Below, in pieces: positions 28,973-39,600 of a stretch of DNA of 64,000 nucleotides. Made by a program: the position numbers and the translations under genes. Origin of the DNA: Longimicrobiales bacterium (lineage in GTDB: Bacteria > Gemmatimonadota > Gemmatimonadetes > Longimicrobiales > Gaopeijiaceae); NCBI GenBank assembly GCA_965203485.1, contig OZ241892.1, forward strand, positions 1,152,001 through 1,216,000. Direction: 5' to 3'. Every line of letters begins with the position of its first letter. The first letter of the stretch is position 1. Under the pieces are notes generated by a model, which was not told the DNA's origin, made no database searches, and saw only the letters and a program-made list of their open reading frames with translations.

Positions 28973-31564
28973 CTATCCCTTGGGCCTCTCCACCTGCAAC
29001 TCTGCGATGTCGGCGCTCCAGCGCTCGTCGCCGAGCAGGTGCTTGACGAAGTACTCGGCGCGTAGCCAGTACCAGTAGTCGCTCATGTCGCCGAAGCCGT
29101 GGCGCTGGCCGGGAAACACGAAGAAGTCGAAGCGCTTGTTGGCGCGAATGAGCGCCTCCGCCATGCGGAAGGTGCCCGCGTGATGGACGTTGTTGTCGAC
29201 GTCTCCCGTGGTCAGCAGAAGGCGGCCCTTCAAGTTGGCGGCCAAGTCCGAGTTGCGGTCGATGTCGTACTCGAAGCCGGTCACGACCCCCGCCGAATCC
29301 CTCACCTCCTTCACGCCGTCGTGCTTCTCGGACCAGTTGAGGTTGTACACGTCGTTGTCGTGGTTGCCGGCCGACGACACGGCTACCTTGAAGAAGTCGG
29401 GATAGACGAGCATCGCGGCGGTGGACATGAAGCCGCCGCCCGAATGACCGTAGATGCCGACCCGGCCCGCGTCGATGAAGTCGTGGCGGGCGGCGAGTTG
29501 CTCGATCGCTGCCTTCTTGTCCGCCAGTCCGTAGTCCCGAAGGTTGCCGTAGCCGTAGTTGTGGTACCACTTGGAGCGGTCGGGGTGCCCGCCCCGGTTG
29601 CCGACGGTGATGACGACGAAGCCGAACTGCGCCAGGCCCTGCTCGTACGGATTGAGCGAAAACGACTTGGCCACCGATTCCGTCTGCGGCCCGGGATAGA
29701 CGTAGGCGACGATAGGATAGGTCTTTTCGGCGTCGAAGTCGTAGGGGCGGTACATGACGCCGTGCAAGTCGGTCACGCCGTCGGCGGACTTGACGGCGTA
29801 GCGTTCGGGGAACTCGTAGCCCGCCGCCCGCAGCCGCGACAGATCCGCTTCCTCCAGATCCATGATCTTGCGTCCGCGCGCATCGTGGAGCGCCGAGGCG
29901 GGTCCCGCGTCCACGCGGGAGTAGTTGTCCACGAAGTAGCGCGCCGACTCGGCCGCCGAACTCTGGTGGTCGTAGTTGCCGGGGTTGAGCAGGGCGAGCC
30001 CCGACCCGTCCAGCCCCACTCGGTAGGCGTGCATGTAGTACGGGTCCTCGCCGGCTTCTCGGCCGTTGGCGCGGAAGAGCAGATAGCCGCCTTCCTCGTT
30101 CACGCCGACGACCGCATCCACGTGCCACGGTCCTTCGGTCAGCCGCGTTCGCACGGTCCCGTCCGGCGCGTAGCGGTACAAGTGGGCCCATCCGTCGCGC
30201 TCCGACCACCAGACCAGGTCGCCGTTCGCGAGCCTGCGCGGGGTCTGATGCTCCACATAGGTGTTAAGCCGCTCTTCGATCACCACCGTGGTCTCGCCCG
30301 TGGCGGGGTTCGCCCTGATCACGTCCACCCGGTGCTGGTTCCTGCTGCGCCGCCAAAAGTAGAGTTCGTCGGGACGGTCCGAGAGCCATTTGGCGACGGG
30401 GACTTCGTCCGGATCACGGCGGAAGCCCGAAGGCTCCACGAACACGCCCATCCTCTGGTCCTTCCACGGTTCGTCGTCGATCCGGCTCGCCTCTCTGGAC
30501 TCCATGTCGAAGACCCAAAGGCTGCTCTGCGTAACCGTCTCCTCGCCGGGCATGTCGTACTTGTAGGTCTCGAGCTGCGGACGCTTGTTGCCCACGGCGT
30601 GGACGACCCACAGCTCGCCGACTTCGCGCCGGTCCTGTCGCGTCAGCGCGAAATAGCGCGAGTCGTGCGACCACGCGACGCCTGGTCTCTGGCGCTTGCC
30701 GAACTCTTCCTCGGTCTCTTCGTCGTGGCGCCCGCGACCCTGAAAGCCGTAGCTGAAGTCCTTCTCGCCGTCGGTCGTCAGCTGGACCTCCTCGACCTCG
30801 GCGTCCTCTTCGGCGTCCTCCGCGTCGTCCCCCGACTTGCCTCTGCGCGCCTCGAGGATCTTCTCGTACTCCTCGTAGCTCATCATCCACAGATTGAACT
30901 CCCTGCTGAACACGACCCATGCCGTGTCCGGCGAGACGCTGGCCCATCCCGGATGGTTGTCGGGGGCCTCGTAGTCCTCCAACTCGCGAAGCGCGCGAGT
31001 CGCGACGTCGTACTCGAAGTGGTGAACCTTCTTGCGGGTGCGCGGCCGCTCTTGCTCTTCTTCCTGCTGGTCCTCCTCGTCCTCGATTTGCTCGTCGTCG
31101 CCCTCCTCCTCGTCGATCTCCTCGTCCTGCGACGACGTCACGTCGAACTGAATCGTGTTGTCGTCCGTGAAGCGGATGGACTGGATGGGCAAGTGCTTGC
31201 CGTCCCAGGGATCGAGCGTGATGCGGGTCAGCTCGGCCGCGATGCGGTCGTTGTCGAAGATCTCGGTCTTGGTTCCGCGCGCCGGATCCACGAGGAAGAA
31301 GCGCTTTCCCTCGGACGTCTCCCATTCGTACCAGAAGTGGTCCGAGCGCTTGATCCAACGCGGCGCGACGCGCAAGGAGTGGACCATTTCGCGGATCTTG
31401 TACGGCGCGAAGCGGGCGGCCATCTCGTAGTTCGCTGATCCCTCCGCTTCCTGGGCGAGCGCGGCGCGACCCGTCGGCAACCCGAACACGGCGGCGAAGA
31501 GAGCGGCTGACAGAACGCGGCAGGGGCGGACGCCTCTGCGCGCTGGACGGGTGGTGAACGTCAT
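28973..31564 (-). CDS. Secreted S9 family (DPP IV-like) peptidase
   Basis: Signal peptide, VYPGP, GHSGGG nucleophile, DNNVH, QRHG; AGGAG before ATG 31564. Confidence 0.93.
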   Translation of the reverse strand: MTFTTRPARRGVRPCRVLSAALFAAVFGLPTGRAALAQEAEGSANYEMAARFAPYKIREMVHSLRVAPRWIKRSDHFWYEWETSEGKRFFLVDPARGTKTEIFDNDRIAAELTRITLDPWDGKHLPIQSIRFTDDNTIQFDVTSSQDEEIDEEEGDDEQIEDEEDQQEEEQERPRTRKKVHHFEYDVATRALRELEDYEAPDNHPGWASVSPDTAWVVFSREFNLWMMSYEEYEKILEARRGKSGDDAEDAEEDAEVEEVQLTTDGEKDFSYGFQGRGRHDEETEEEFGKRQRPGVAWSHDSRYFALTRQDRREVGELWVVHAVGNKRPQLETYKYDMPGEETVTQSSLWVFDMESREASRIDDEPWKDQRMGVFVEPSGFRRDPDEVPVAKWLSDRPDELYFWRRSRNQHRVDVIRANPATGETTVVIEERLNTYVEHQTPRRLANGDLVWWSERDGWAHLYRYAPDGTVRTRLTEGPWHVDAVVGVNEEGGYLLFRANGREAGEDPYYMHAYRVGLDGSGLALLNPGNYDHQSSAAESARYFVDNYSRVDAGPASALHDARGRKIMDLEEADLSRLRAAGYEFPERYAVKSADGVTDLHGVMYRPYDFDAEKTYPIVAYVYPGPQTESVAKSFSLNPYEQGLAQFGFVVITVGNRGGHPDRSKWYHNYGYGNLRDYGLADKKAAIEQLAARHDFIDAGRVGIYGHSGGGFMSTAAMLVYPDFFKVAVSSAGNHDNDVYNLNWSEKHDGVKEVRDSAGVVTGFEYDIDRNSDLAANLKGRLLLTTGDVDNNVHHAGTFRMAEALIRANKRFDFFVFPGQRHGFGDMSDYWYWLRAEYFVKHLLGDERWSADIAELQVERPKG

Positions 31565-31907
31565 CCGGCGGCTCCTGCGGGCAAGAGATAAGGGGATGGT
31601 TGGCATTGGGAGCCCCTGTTCCTGGGCGCCGCCAGCGATTGTAGCCCATGCACCGAGGTGCCGCCACCGACCCTGTGCTCCGGAGCCGGCGCACGGGCCG
31701 TTCCGCCGAGTGGGCGCCCGCCCCGGCCGGGCTTGCGTCCGGCGGGGTCCGACCGGGGCACGGAGCGCCGCGTCGCCCGCGGGGATCGTCGCCGCCTTTC
31801 GCGGTCGCGGCAGGCGCCGCAGGGACGACGTCCGGCGCCGGGCGTATTCTGGGCGCGCCCATCCGGCCATGTAGCCGCCCCCCGATCCGCGCGTACTTCC
31901 CCACGCG

Positions 31908-33509
31908 ATGCTTCATCCCCGCTCTTCGCCCGCCGCCACGGACCGCGCAGCGCCGCCGCTTCCTCCGGGCGCGGCCCCGGTTCGGCCCTCCATCGCCGCC
32001 GCCCGGGCCGTCCTCGAGGAGCGGTTCGGCTTCGGCGGCTTTCGTCCCGGCCAAGAACGCCTGATCGCCGGAGCGCTGTCGGGGCGGGACGTGCTCGGTG
32101 TCCTGCCGACAGGCGGCGGCAAGACGCTCTGCTACCAGTTGCCGGCGTTCTTGCTGGACGGCCTCGTCGTCGTCGCAAGCCCGCTCCTGTCGCTGATGCA
32201 GGACCAAGTGGACCGGGCACGGCGCCTGGGCCTTCGGGCTGGGTCGCTCACGTCGTTGCATTCCCCGGAATCGCAGCGGCGCACCGAGCGGATGATATGC
32301 GGGAACCAGCTGGACCTGCTGTTCTGCTCGCCGGAGCGGCTCGAGGCCGGCCGGCTGGGAAGCGCGCTGGCGTCGGCCCGAGTGTCGTTGCTCGTCGTGG
32401 ACGAGGCGCACTGCATATCGGAGTGGGGGCACGACTTTCGCCCCGCGTTCCGCCGCATCGGCCGGATGCGGGCGGTCGTGCCGGCCTCGGCGCTCGCGGT
32501 CACGGCCACCGCCACGCCGGCGGTGCGCGACGACATCGCCCGCGTTTGCCGGATGAACGATCCATTGCGCGTCGTGACGTCGTTCGACCGGCCCAACATT
32601 CGCTGGCTCGTTGCCCGGGCGGGCGCCGGAGCCGGCCGCGTGCGCGCCATCGCGCGTTGCGTTCGCGGCGCCGCCGGCGCGGGCAAGGCGGAAGCCGTGA
32701 TCGTCTATGCGCCGACGCGGCGCGCGGTCGCTGCCATCCGGCGCGTCCTGGCTGGGTACGGCATCGCGGCAGACGCCTATCACGCCGCGTTGCCGCCCGA
32801 GGAGCGCCAAGCCGTCCAGGATCGGTTCATGGCTCGCGAGTGCAACGTCGTCGTCGCCACGTGCGCCTTCGGGATGGGCATCGACCGCAGCGACGTGCGG
32901 GCCGTCTTCCACTACGCCTTTCCCGGCTCGCTCGAGAGCTACTACCAGGAGGCGGGACGCGCAGGGCGCGACGGGGCGCCGTCGCTGGCGCTGGGGTTCG
33001 TTCACCGCAAGGACTGGGCGATTCCCGAAGCGTTCTTGGAGAAGTCGTTTCCGCGCCCGCAGGCCGTGTTGCGCTTCCTTGCCCGGCTGGCGTCCCAGGG
33101 ACGCACCGCCAAGCTGCATCCCCAGCAGCTCCTGGGACGCGGCGGAACCAACGCGGCCGTGTTGCGGTGGGCCGAGCGGTCCGGTGCGCTCCAACTGGAC
33201 CCCGTCTTCGCCGGCCGTCTGGCCGCGGCCCCGGCCGGAACGCCGGCCGCGGAGGCGAGTTGCGAGCGCCCGCCTTCCGGCGACCCCGGCGTTCGCGTGG
33301 CCTCGTGCCCGGCTCGGCTCACGGGCAAGCCGCCGGACCTCGAGCCGTTGCGGACCGCCCGCGACCAAGCCAGGCGGCGCCTCGCCGGCATGCGGCGCTA
33401 CTGCCATGGGCGGCGATGCCGCCGGGCGGAGCTCCTGCGTTATCTTGGAGAACGCGTCTCCCAGCGGTCGTGCGGCTCCTGCGACCGGTGCGAGTCTCCC
33501 CGGGCATGA
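31908..33509 (+). CDS. recQ: RecQ-family ATP-dependent DNA helicase
   Basis: PTGGGKTLCYQ, VDEAHCISEWGHDFRP, QEAGRAGRDG, C-terminal CRR...CGSCDRC. Confidence 0.92.
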   Translation: MLHPRSSPAATDRAAPPLPPGAAPVRPSIAAARAVLEERFGFGGFRPGQERLIAGALSGRDVLGVLPTGGGKTLCYQLPAFLLDGLVVVASPLLSLMQDQVDRARRLGLRAGSLTSLHSPESQRRTERMICGNQLDLLFCSPERLEAGRLGSALASARVSLLVVDEAHCISEWGHDFRPAFRRIGRMRAVVPASALAVTATATPAVRDDIARVCRMNDPLRVVTSFDRPNIRWLVARAGAGAGRVRAIARCVRGAAGAGKAEAVIVYAPTRRAVAAIRRVLAGYGIAADAYHAALPPEERQAVQDRFMARECNVVVATCAFGMGIDRSDVRAVFHYAFPGSLESYYQEAGRAGRDGAPSLALGFVHRKDWAIPEAFLEKSFPRPQAVLRFLARLASQGRTAKLHPQQLLGRGGTNAAVLRWAERSGALQLDPVFAGRLAAAPAGTPAAEASCERPPSGDPGVRVASCPARLTGKPPDLEPLRTARDQARRRLAGMRRYCHGRRCRRAELLRYLGERVSQRSCGSCDRCESPRA

Positions 33510-33549
33510 CGGCGCGCGCCGTTGCTCCTTCCGCTCCCGCCGGACCAGC

Positions 33550-34773
33550 ATGCATCCGTTTCTGGCCGCCTCGCACCTCGCCCTGCAGGCCGAGGTTCGC
33601 GACTTCGGGCGCGAGGCCGTAGCGCCGGCAGCCCGCGAACTCGACGAAGCGGCCCTGTTTCCGTGGGACAACGTCCGCGCGATGGGCGAGCGCGGCTGGC
33701 TCGGCGTGCCCGTTCCCAAGGCGCTGGGCGGCATGGGACGCGACTATCTGTCCTACGTGCTCGTCGTCGAAGAGCTCGCCAAGCACGACGCGAGCCACGC
33801 GATCACGGTCGCCGCCCACACCACGTTGGGCACTTCGCCGCTCGTGTCGTTCGGCAACGACGAGCAGAGGCGGCGGTTCGTCCCCTTGCTGGCCGGCGGG
33901 CAGGTGCTCGGCGGCTTTGGCCTGACGGAGCCCGAGGCCGGGTCGGACTCGTCGGGCATCCGCACGCGCGCCGTCGCCGAGGACGGCGGCTACCGCATCA
34001 ACGGCAACAAGATATTCATCACGCACGCGGGAGTCGGCGAGATATTCGTCGTGGCCGCTTCGACCGACCCTTCCAAGGGTGCGCGCGGCATCACCAACTT
34101 CGTGGTCTGCAAGCCCACGGACGCTCCGGACGAAGCGGAGCGCACCGGGATGGGCCACCGTCCCGAACTCCCGTACACGCCGGGCGTGTCGGCGGGCAAG
34201 AAGGAGGACAAGCTGGGCTGGCGCGCCTCGGACACGCGCGAACTCCGATTCGAGAACGCCTGGGTCGCCGAGGATCAGCGCATCGGCGGGGAAGGGCAGG
34301 GATTCGCCAACTTCATGCGCACCTTGGATGCCGGCCGGATCGGCATCGCCGCGCTCTCGCTGGGCATCGCTCAGGGCGCGCTGGAGGCGGCGGTCGCCCA
34401 CTCCTCGCGGCGGCCGCGGCTCGGACGGCCGGCATGGCGCCGCCAGGAAGTGCGGCTCGGCTTGGCCGGCTTGGCAGCCGAGATCGAAGCCGCGCGCCAG
34501 CTGACCTACCTCGCCGCGTGGCTCAAGGAGCACGCCCGTCCGTTCGCCAAGGAGGCCGCCATGGCCAAGCTGGTCGCGTCCGAGCTGGCCACCAAGTCCG
34601 CCGGCACGGCCGTGCGGTGCATGGGCGGGGCCGGCTACACGGCCGACTACCCCGCGGAGCGGATGCTGCGCGACGCCAAGGCGTGCGAGATCGGCGAGGG
34701 GACCAGCGAGATTCAGAAGATCGTGATCGCGCGACGGATCGCCGAAGAGTTCGGGGCCGCGCGGCCGCCTTGA
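33550..34773 (+). CDS. Acyl-CoA dehydrogenase
   Basis: FGLTEPEAGSD, NGNKIFIT, EIGEGTSEIQ. Confidence 0.93.
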   Translation: MHPFLAASHLALQAEVRDFGREAVAPAARELDEAALFPWDNVRAMGERGWLGVPVPKALGGMGRDYLSYVLVVEELAKHDASHAITVAAHTTLGTSPLVSFGNDEQRRRFVPLLAGGQVLGGFGLTEPEAGSDSSGIRTRAVAEDGGYRINGNKIFITHAGVGEIFVVAASTDPSKGARGITNFVVCKPTDAPDEAERTGMGHRPELPYTPGVSAGKKEDKLGWRASDTRELRFENAWVAEDQRIGGEGQGFANFMRTLDAGRIGIAALSLGIAQGALEAAVAHSSRRPRLGRPAWRRQEVRLGLAGLAAEIEAARQLTYLAAWLKEHARPFAKEAAMAKLVASELATKSAGTAVRCMGGAGYTADYPAERMLRDAKACEIGEGTSEIQKIVIARRIAEEFGAARPP

Positions 34774-34802
34774 CCGGCCCGGCCCGAGCGGGAAATGCCC
34801 CA

Positions 34803-36428
34803 GTGAAGCGCGAGCTCCTCGTCAGCCTCTCCGGCGGCGAAGCGTGGGTGGCGCTCAAGGAAGACGGCATCGTTGCCGAGACGATGTTCGAGCGTCCCGG
34901 CCGCGGACGGATCGTGGGCGACGTGTTCTTGGGCCGCGTGGACGCCGTGGTGCCGGGAATCCAGGCGGCGTTCGTGGACGTCGGCATCGAGAAGTCGGCG
35001 TTCCTCCATGCCTCGGACATCCTTGGCGTTGCCGGCGGCGAGACGGCCGAGCGTCGCGGCGGCGGACGGAGCAGCGCCCGTAGTGGGCCCGAAGGCGGCG
35101 GCGGACGGGACGGACGGGGCGGCGAAGGCGGGCGCAAGGACGAAGGCCGCCAGGGCCGCGTCCGCCCAGGGCGCCGCGGCCGCGAAGCTGTTCTCGTCCA
35201 GGACGTCGTGGAGCGGGGGCAGTCCGTTCTGGTGCAGGCGACCAAGGAGCCGATGTCCACGAAGGGCGCGCGCGTGACCACGGACATATCGCTGGCCGGG
35301 CGGTTTCTGGTGTATCTGCCCATGTCCAGCCACGTCGGCGTCAGCCGCAAGATCGGCGACAGGGCCGAGCGGTTGCGCTTGCGCCGGATGGCCGCGGCGG
35401 TGGCCGGAGAAGGGGACGGCGGCGTCATCGTGCGCACCGCGGGCGAAGAGCTGACGGAGCCGAAGCTTGCCGGGGAGTACCGGCGTCTGCAGGAGCGTTG
35501 GGAGGCGATTCGCCGCAGGGCGGCCTCCGAGTCCCCCCCTGCGCTCCTCCACGAAGAGGCGAAGCTCGTCTCCGGAGTGATCCGAGACGTCTTCACCGAC
35601 AAGTTCGATTCGGTGACGATCGACGACCGCGCCACGCACGAGGAAGTCGTCGAATACGTACGCGCGTTCGCGCCCGAACTGCTCGGCCGCGTGCACCTCT
35701 ACGAGGGCGACGTCCCACTCTTCGACCAAGCGGGCGTCAACCAGGAACTCCGCCGCGCCTTCCGCCGCAAGGTGGACCTGCCGGGCGGCGGCCACGTTGT
35801 GATCGAGCAGACCGAAGCTCTCGTGGCGGTGGACGTGAACACCGGTAGCTTCGCCGACAAGAAGAAGAGCCCCGAGGACACGATTCTGGAGACGAACCTG
35901 GAGGCGGCGCGCGAGATCGCCACGCAGTTGCGCCTGCGCGACGCGGGCGGCATCGTCGTGATCGATTTCATCGATATGGACGTGCCGGAGCACCGCGCCG
36001 CCGTGGTCCGCGAGTTGCGCAACAGGGTGGGCCGGGACCGCGCCCGCACGCGCGTCTGGGAAATGTCGGCGCTGGGTTTGGTCGAGATGACGCGCCAGCG
36101 CGTCCGGCCGTCGTTGCTCCACGCGCTGACCGAGCCGTGCGGCGAGTGCGCGGGCCTGGGCCGGGTCGCCGTTGCGGCGACGGTGCTCCGCGACGTCGAG
36201 CGCGCCGTGCGCAAGGCCGCGGCGGCGGGCGAGGCGCTACTCCTGGCGAGGGTGCATCCGCGCGTGGTCCTGCACGCGATGGAGTCGCAACCGGACTACG
36301 CTCGGTTGCTGGGCAAAGCGGCTCGCGTCCGCGTGGACCTTCGGGATGATCCGTTGCTCCGCGCCGACCAGTTTCGCCTGCTCGCCAGCCGCGCCGAGAC
36401 CGACGTCACCGAGAAGTACCGGGAGTAG
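34803..36428 (+). CDS. rng: Ribonuclease E/G family (RNase G-like)
   Basis: QAAFVDVG, TEALVAVDVNTG, GGIVVIDFIDM, GLVEMTRQR. Confidence 0.92.
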   Translation: MKRELLVSLSGGEAWVALKEDGIVAETMFERPGRGRIVGDVFLGRVDAVVPGIQAAFVDVGIEKSAFLHASDILGVAGGETAERRGGGRSSARSGPEGGGGRDGRGGEGGRKDEGRQGRVRPGRRGREAVLVQDVVERGQSVLVQATKEPMSTKGARVTTDISLAGRFLVYLPMSSHVGVSRKIGDRAERLRLRRMAAAVAGEGDGGVIVRTAGEELTEPKLAGEYRRLQERWEAIRRRAASESPPALLHEEAKLVSGVIRDVFTDKFDSVTIDDRATHEEVVEYVRAFAPELLGRVHLYEGDVPLFDQAGVNQELRRAFRRKVDLPGGGHVVIEQTEALVAVDVNTGSFADKKKSPEDTILETNLEAAREIATQLRLRDAGGIVVIDFIDMDVPEHRAAVVRELRNRVGRDRARTRVWEMSALGLVEMTRQRVRPSLLHALTEPCGECAGLGRVAVAATVLRDVERAVRKAAAAGEALLLARVHPRVVLHAMESQPDYARLLGKAARVRVDLRDDPLLRADQFRLLASRAETDVTEKYRE

Positions 36429-36593
36429 ACATCGGATGGCGCGCGCGCGCCGACCGACTTCGCGCGCGTTGGCAGTCCTTCGCTGGGGTCGTTTCTTGAC
36501 TTGGACTGGTGGCTGACCGACCTTCCATCCATATCCCCACGTTCCACCGACCTTGCCAAGCCACCGGTGCAACCTGCCATGAGACGACAGAAG

Positions 36594-36611
36594 CCCCCCC
36601 CCCCCCCCCCC
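36594..36611. repeat. C18 homopolymer upstream of the adhesin
   Basis: 18 consecutive C. Confidence 0.95.
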
Positions 36612-36667
36612 AAGCGATTTGGTTTAGTCAACAGCCTGGATCGGGCGCTCGGTCTCGGTCTGCGCTG

Positions 36668-39600
36668 ATGCCGGTAGCGAGAACCGCGCTCGCGGCCCTC
36701 GGCCTGCTGGCGGCGTTCGGGACCACGGCGCCGGTGCCGCTGAGCGCCCAAAGCGTGGACAGTCTTAAGATCGTCAGCTCGGCGGGTTCGGACAACACGT
36801 ACGCGGCGGGCGACACCATCAAGATCAGGGCGTACTTCAGTGCCGGTGTGGACTTTGCCCAAAGCGACGGTGCGGCCGTGCATATGACGATCGGGACGAC
36901 GACCAGGCACGCACAGGCGAGGACTGGAACCGGAACGTTCGCCGAAGGTACCCCACTTCCAGGATACAGCAATGGGTTCAGCTGGATAGAGTATTGGTAC
37001 CTTGTGCAGACGTCGGACATGGACGCGGACGGGATCAGCGTCACCCAGATGGGTCCTAACGATCTGGACGGTGGCGTCAGTGGTCTACGAATCAACGAGA
37101 GCTTGACGGGCAAGACGATCACGAACGCTGCGGCCCACAAGGTGGACGGCGCCCAGGGGTTGCCCCAGGTGACGGGGGTGACGATATCCAGCAGCACGGG
37201 CGCCGACAGCACGTACTATGCTGGCGACACGATTGCGGTGACGGTGGCGTTCGACTCGACCGTGGCGGTGACGGGCACGCCGCAGCTGGCGCTGTGGGTC
37301 GGCGACTCGACGCGGCAGGCGAACTACGCGAGCGGGACGGGTTCGGCGTCGCTGGTGTTCCGGTACGTGGTGGCGTCGTCGGACATGGACGCGGACGGGA
37401 TTAGCATCGGCGCGAGCGCGTTGTCGCTGAACAGCGGGACGATCCGGTTGGGGACGAAGAACGCGGTCCTGAGCCTGAGCGGCTACACGATCACGAACCC
37501 TGCGGCTCACAAGGTGCAAGGGGGGACGGCGAGGCGGACGGTGACCGGTGTTGCGTTGGCGAGCACGCCGGTAGCTGCGGACAGCACGTACGGTCGGGCG
37601 GAGCGGATTCGTGTGGCAGTGGTGTTCAGCGGGAACGTGGACGTGACGGGGACGCCGCAGCTGGCGCTGACGATCGGCACGCAGACGCGGCAGGCGTCCT
37701 ACGCGAGCGGGACGGGCACGGACACGCTGGTGTTCGAGTACGCTGTGGTGGCGGCGGACACGGACGCGAACGGGCTGAGCATCGGCGCGAGCGCGCTGGC
37801 GGCCCCGTCCGGCGCGACGATCAGGAACGCGGGCACGACGGTGGGCGCGACGCTGTCGCTCGGCAGTCACGCGGTCACGAACGCTGGTGCGCACAAGGTG
37901 AACGGCGCGCTGATCGTGCCGAGGATATCGGCGGTGACGTTCTTGAGCGGCGCGGGCACGGACTCGACGTACGCTGCGGGGGACAACATCAACGTGCGGG
38001 TTCAGTTCGACCGGCCGGTGGTGACGCCGAACTTCCTGGGCAACATGACGCTGAACCTGGAGATTGGGGACAACGTTCGGGCGGCGGGCTGGTACTCGAA
38101 GGACGCGGACGACGTGTTCTTCCGGTACACGGTGACGCGTGCGGACGCGGACGCGGACGGGATCAGCATCCCGGCGAACGCTTTCAGGAACTTCGCGACG
38201 CCGATCACGCGCGTCGGGGGCACGGAGCGTGCGGACTTGTCGCTGGGCGTGCATGCGGTGGCGAACGCTGCGGCGCACAAGGTGGACGGTTTGCAGGGCG
38301 TGCCTGTGGTGGCGGGCGCGGGTCTGGCGAGCGTGACGGGCTCGGACGGGACGTACGGGGTGGGCCAGCGGATCGAGGTGTGGGTGAAGTTCAGCGAGGC
38401 GGTGGACGTGACGGGCACGCCGCAGGTGGCGTTGGGGATCGGGGCGGCGACGCGTCAGGCGGGCTACGCGGGCGGGACGGGGACGGATTCGCTGACGTTC
38501 CGTTACGTGGTTCAGGCGACGGACGCGGACGCGGACGGGTTGAGCATCGGCGCGAGCGCGTTGGGATTGAACAGCGGGACGATCAACAAGGCGGGCGCGT
38601 CGGTGGCGGCGGAGCTGGGACTGGGTTCTCATGCGATCGCGAACGCTGGGGCGCACAAGGTTGCGGGCGACCGTCCAGTGGTGACGGGCGTGTCGCTCAA
38701 CGAAGCTCCGGCGGACAGCACGTTCGAGTTGAGCGACGTGGTGGTCGTGACGGTGGAGTTCAACGCGGCGGTGACGGTGGCGCCCACGACGGGCGCAAGC
38801 AGGCCGCGTGTGCGTGTCGGGGTCGGGTCGGGCTTGAAGAACGCGTTTTACGCGAGGGGTTCGGGTACGACGGCGTTGGAGTTCGAGTACACGGTGTTCC
38901 AGGCGGACGCGGACGCGGACGGGATCAGCATCGGGGCGAGCGCACTGGAGACCCCGTCCGGGAGCACGATTCGGCGGATGGGGACGACGACGGACGCGGT
39001 GTTGGGCCTGGGCGCGCATGCGATAACGAACAGCGCGGCGCACAAGGTGGCGGGCAACACGCGGACGGCGCCTGTGGTGAAGGGGTTGAGGGTCACGAGC
39101 AGTCCTGTGGTTGGGGACACGTACTTGGCGGGCGAGGCGATCGAGGTGGAGGTGGCGTTCGTGCGGGGGGTGTACGTGGCGGGGACGCCGCGTCTGGCTT
39201 TGGAGGTCGGCGACTCGACGCGGCAGGCGGAGTACAACCGCAGGGACGCGACGTTCACGCGGGTGACGTTCCGGTACGTGGTGCAGGCGACGGACGCGGA
39301 CGCGGACGGGATCAGCGTGGGTGCGGGCGCTTTGGCGGCGAGCGCGTCGGACACGATCGCGGACGGTCGGTTGTGGTCGGACGCGGCGGACTTGGCGTTG
39401 GGGTCGCACGTGTTCACGAATGCTGGGGCGCACAAGGTTTCGGGCGCCGTTCCGTACGTGACGAGCGTGTTCTTCATGTCGGCGTCGAACACGGGGATTT
39501 CGTACGCGAGCACGGACAGCGTGTTCGGACTTGGGGACGAGATACGTGTGGGGGTGGGGTTCAACGCGGGGGTGACGGTGGCGGGGACGCCGCGCCTGGC

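Noticed and set aside
31050..31130. Trinucleotide-like (tcc/tcg) run in the S9 peptidase
   Set aside because: Encodes an acidic Glu/Asp linker; imperfect and in frame, not a switching repeat.
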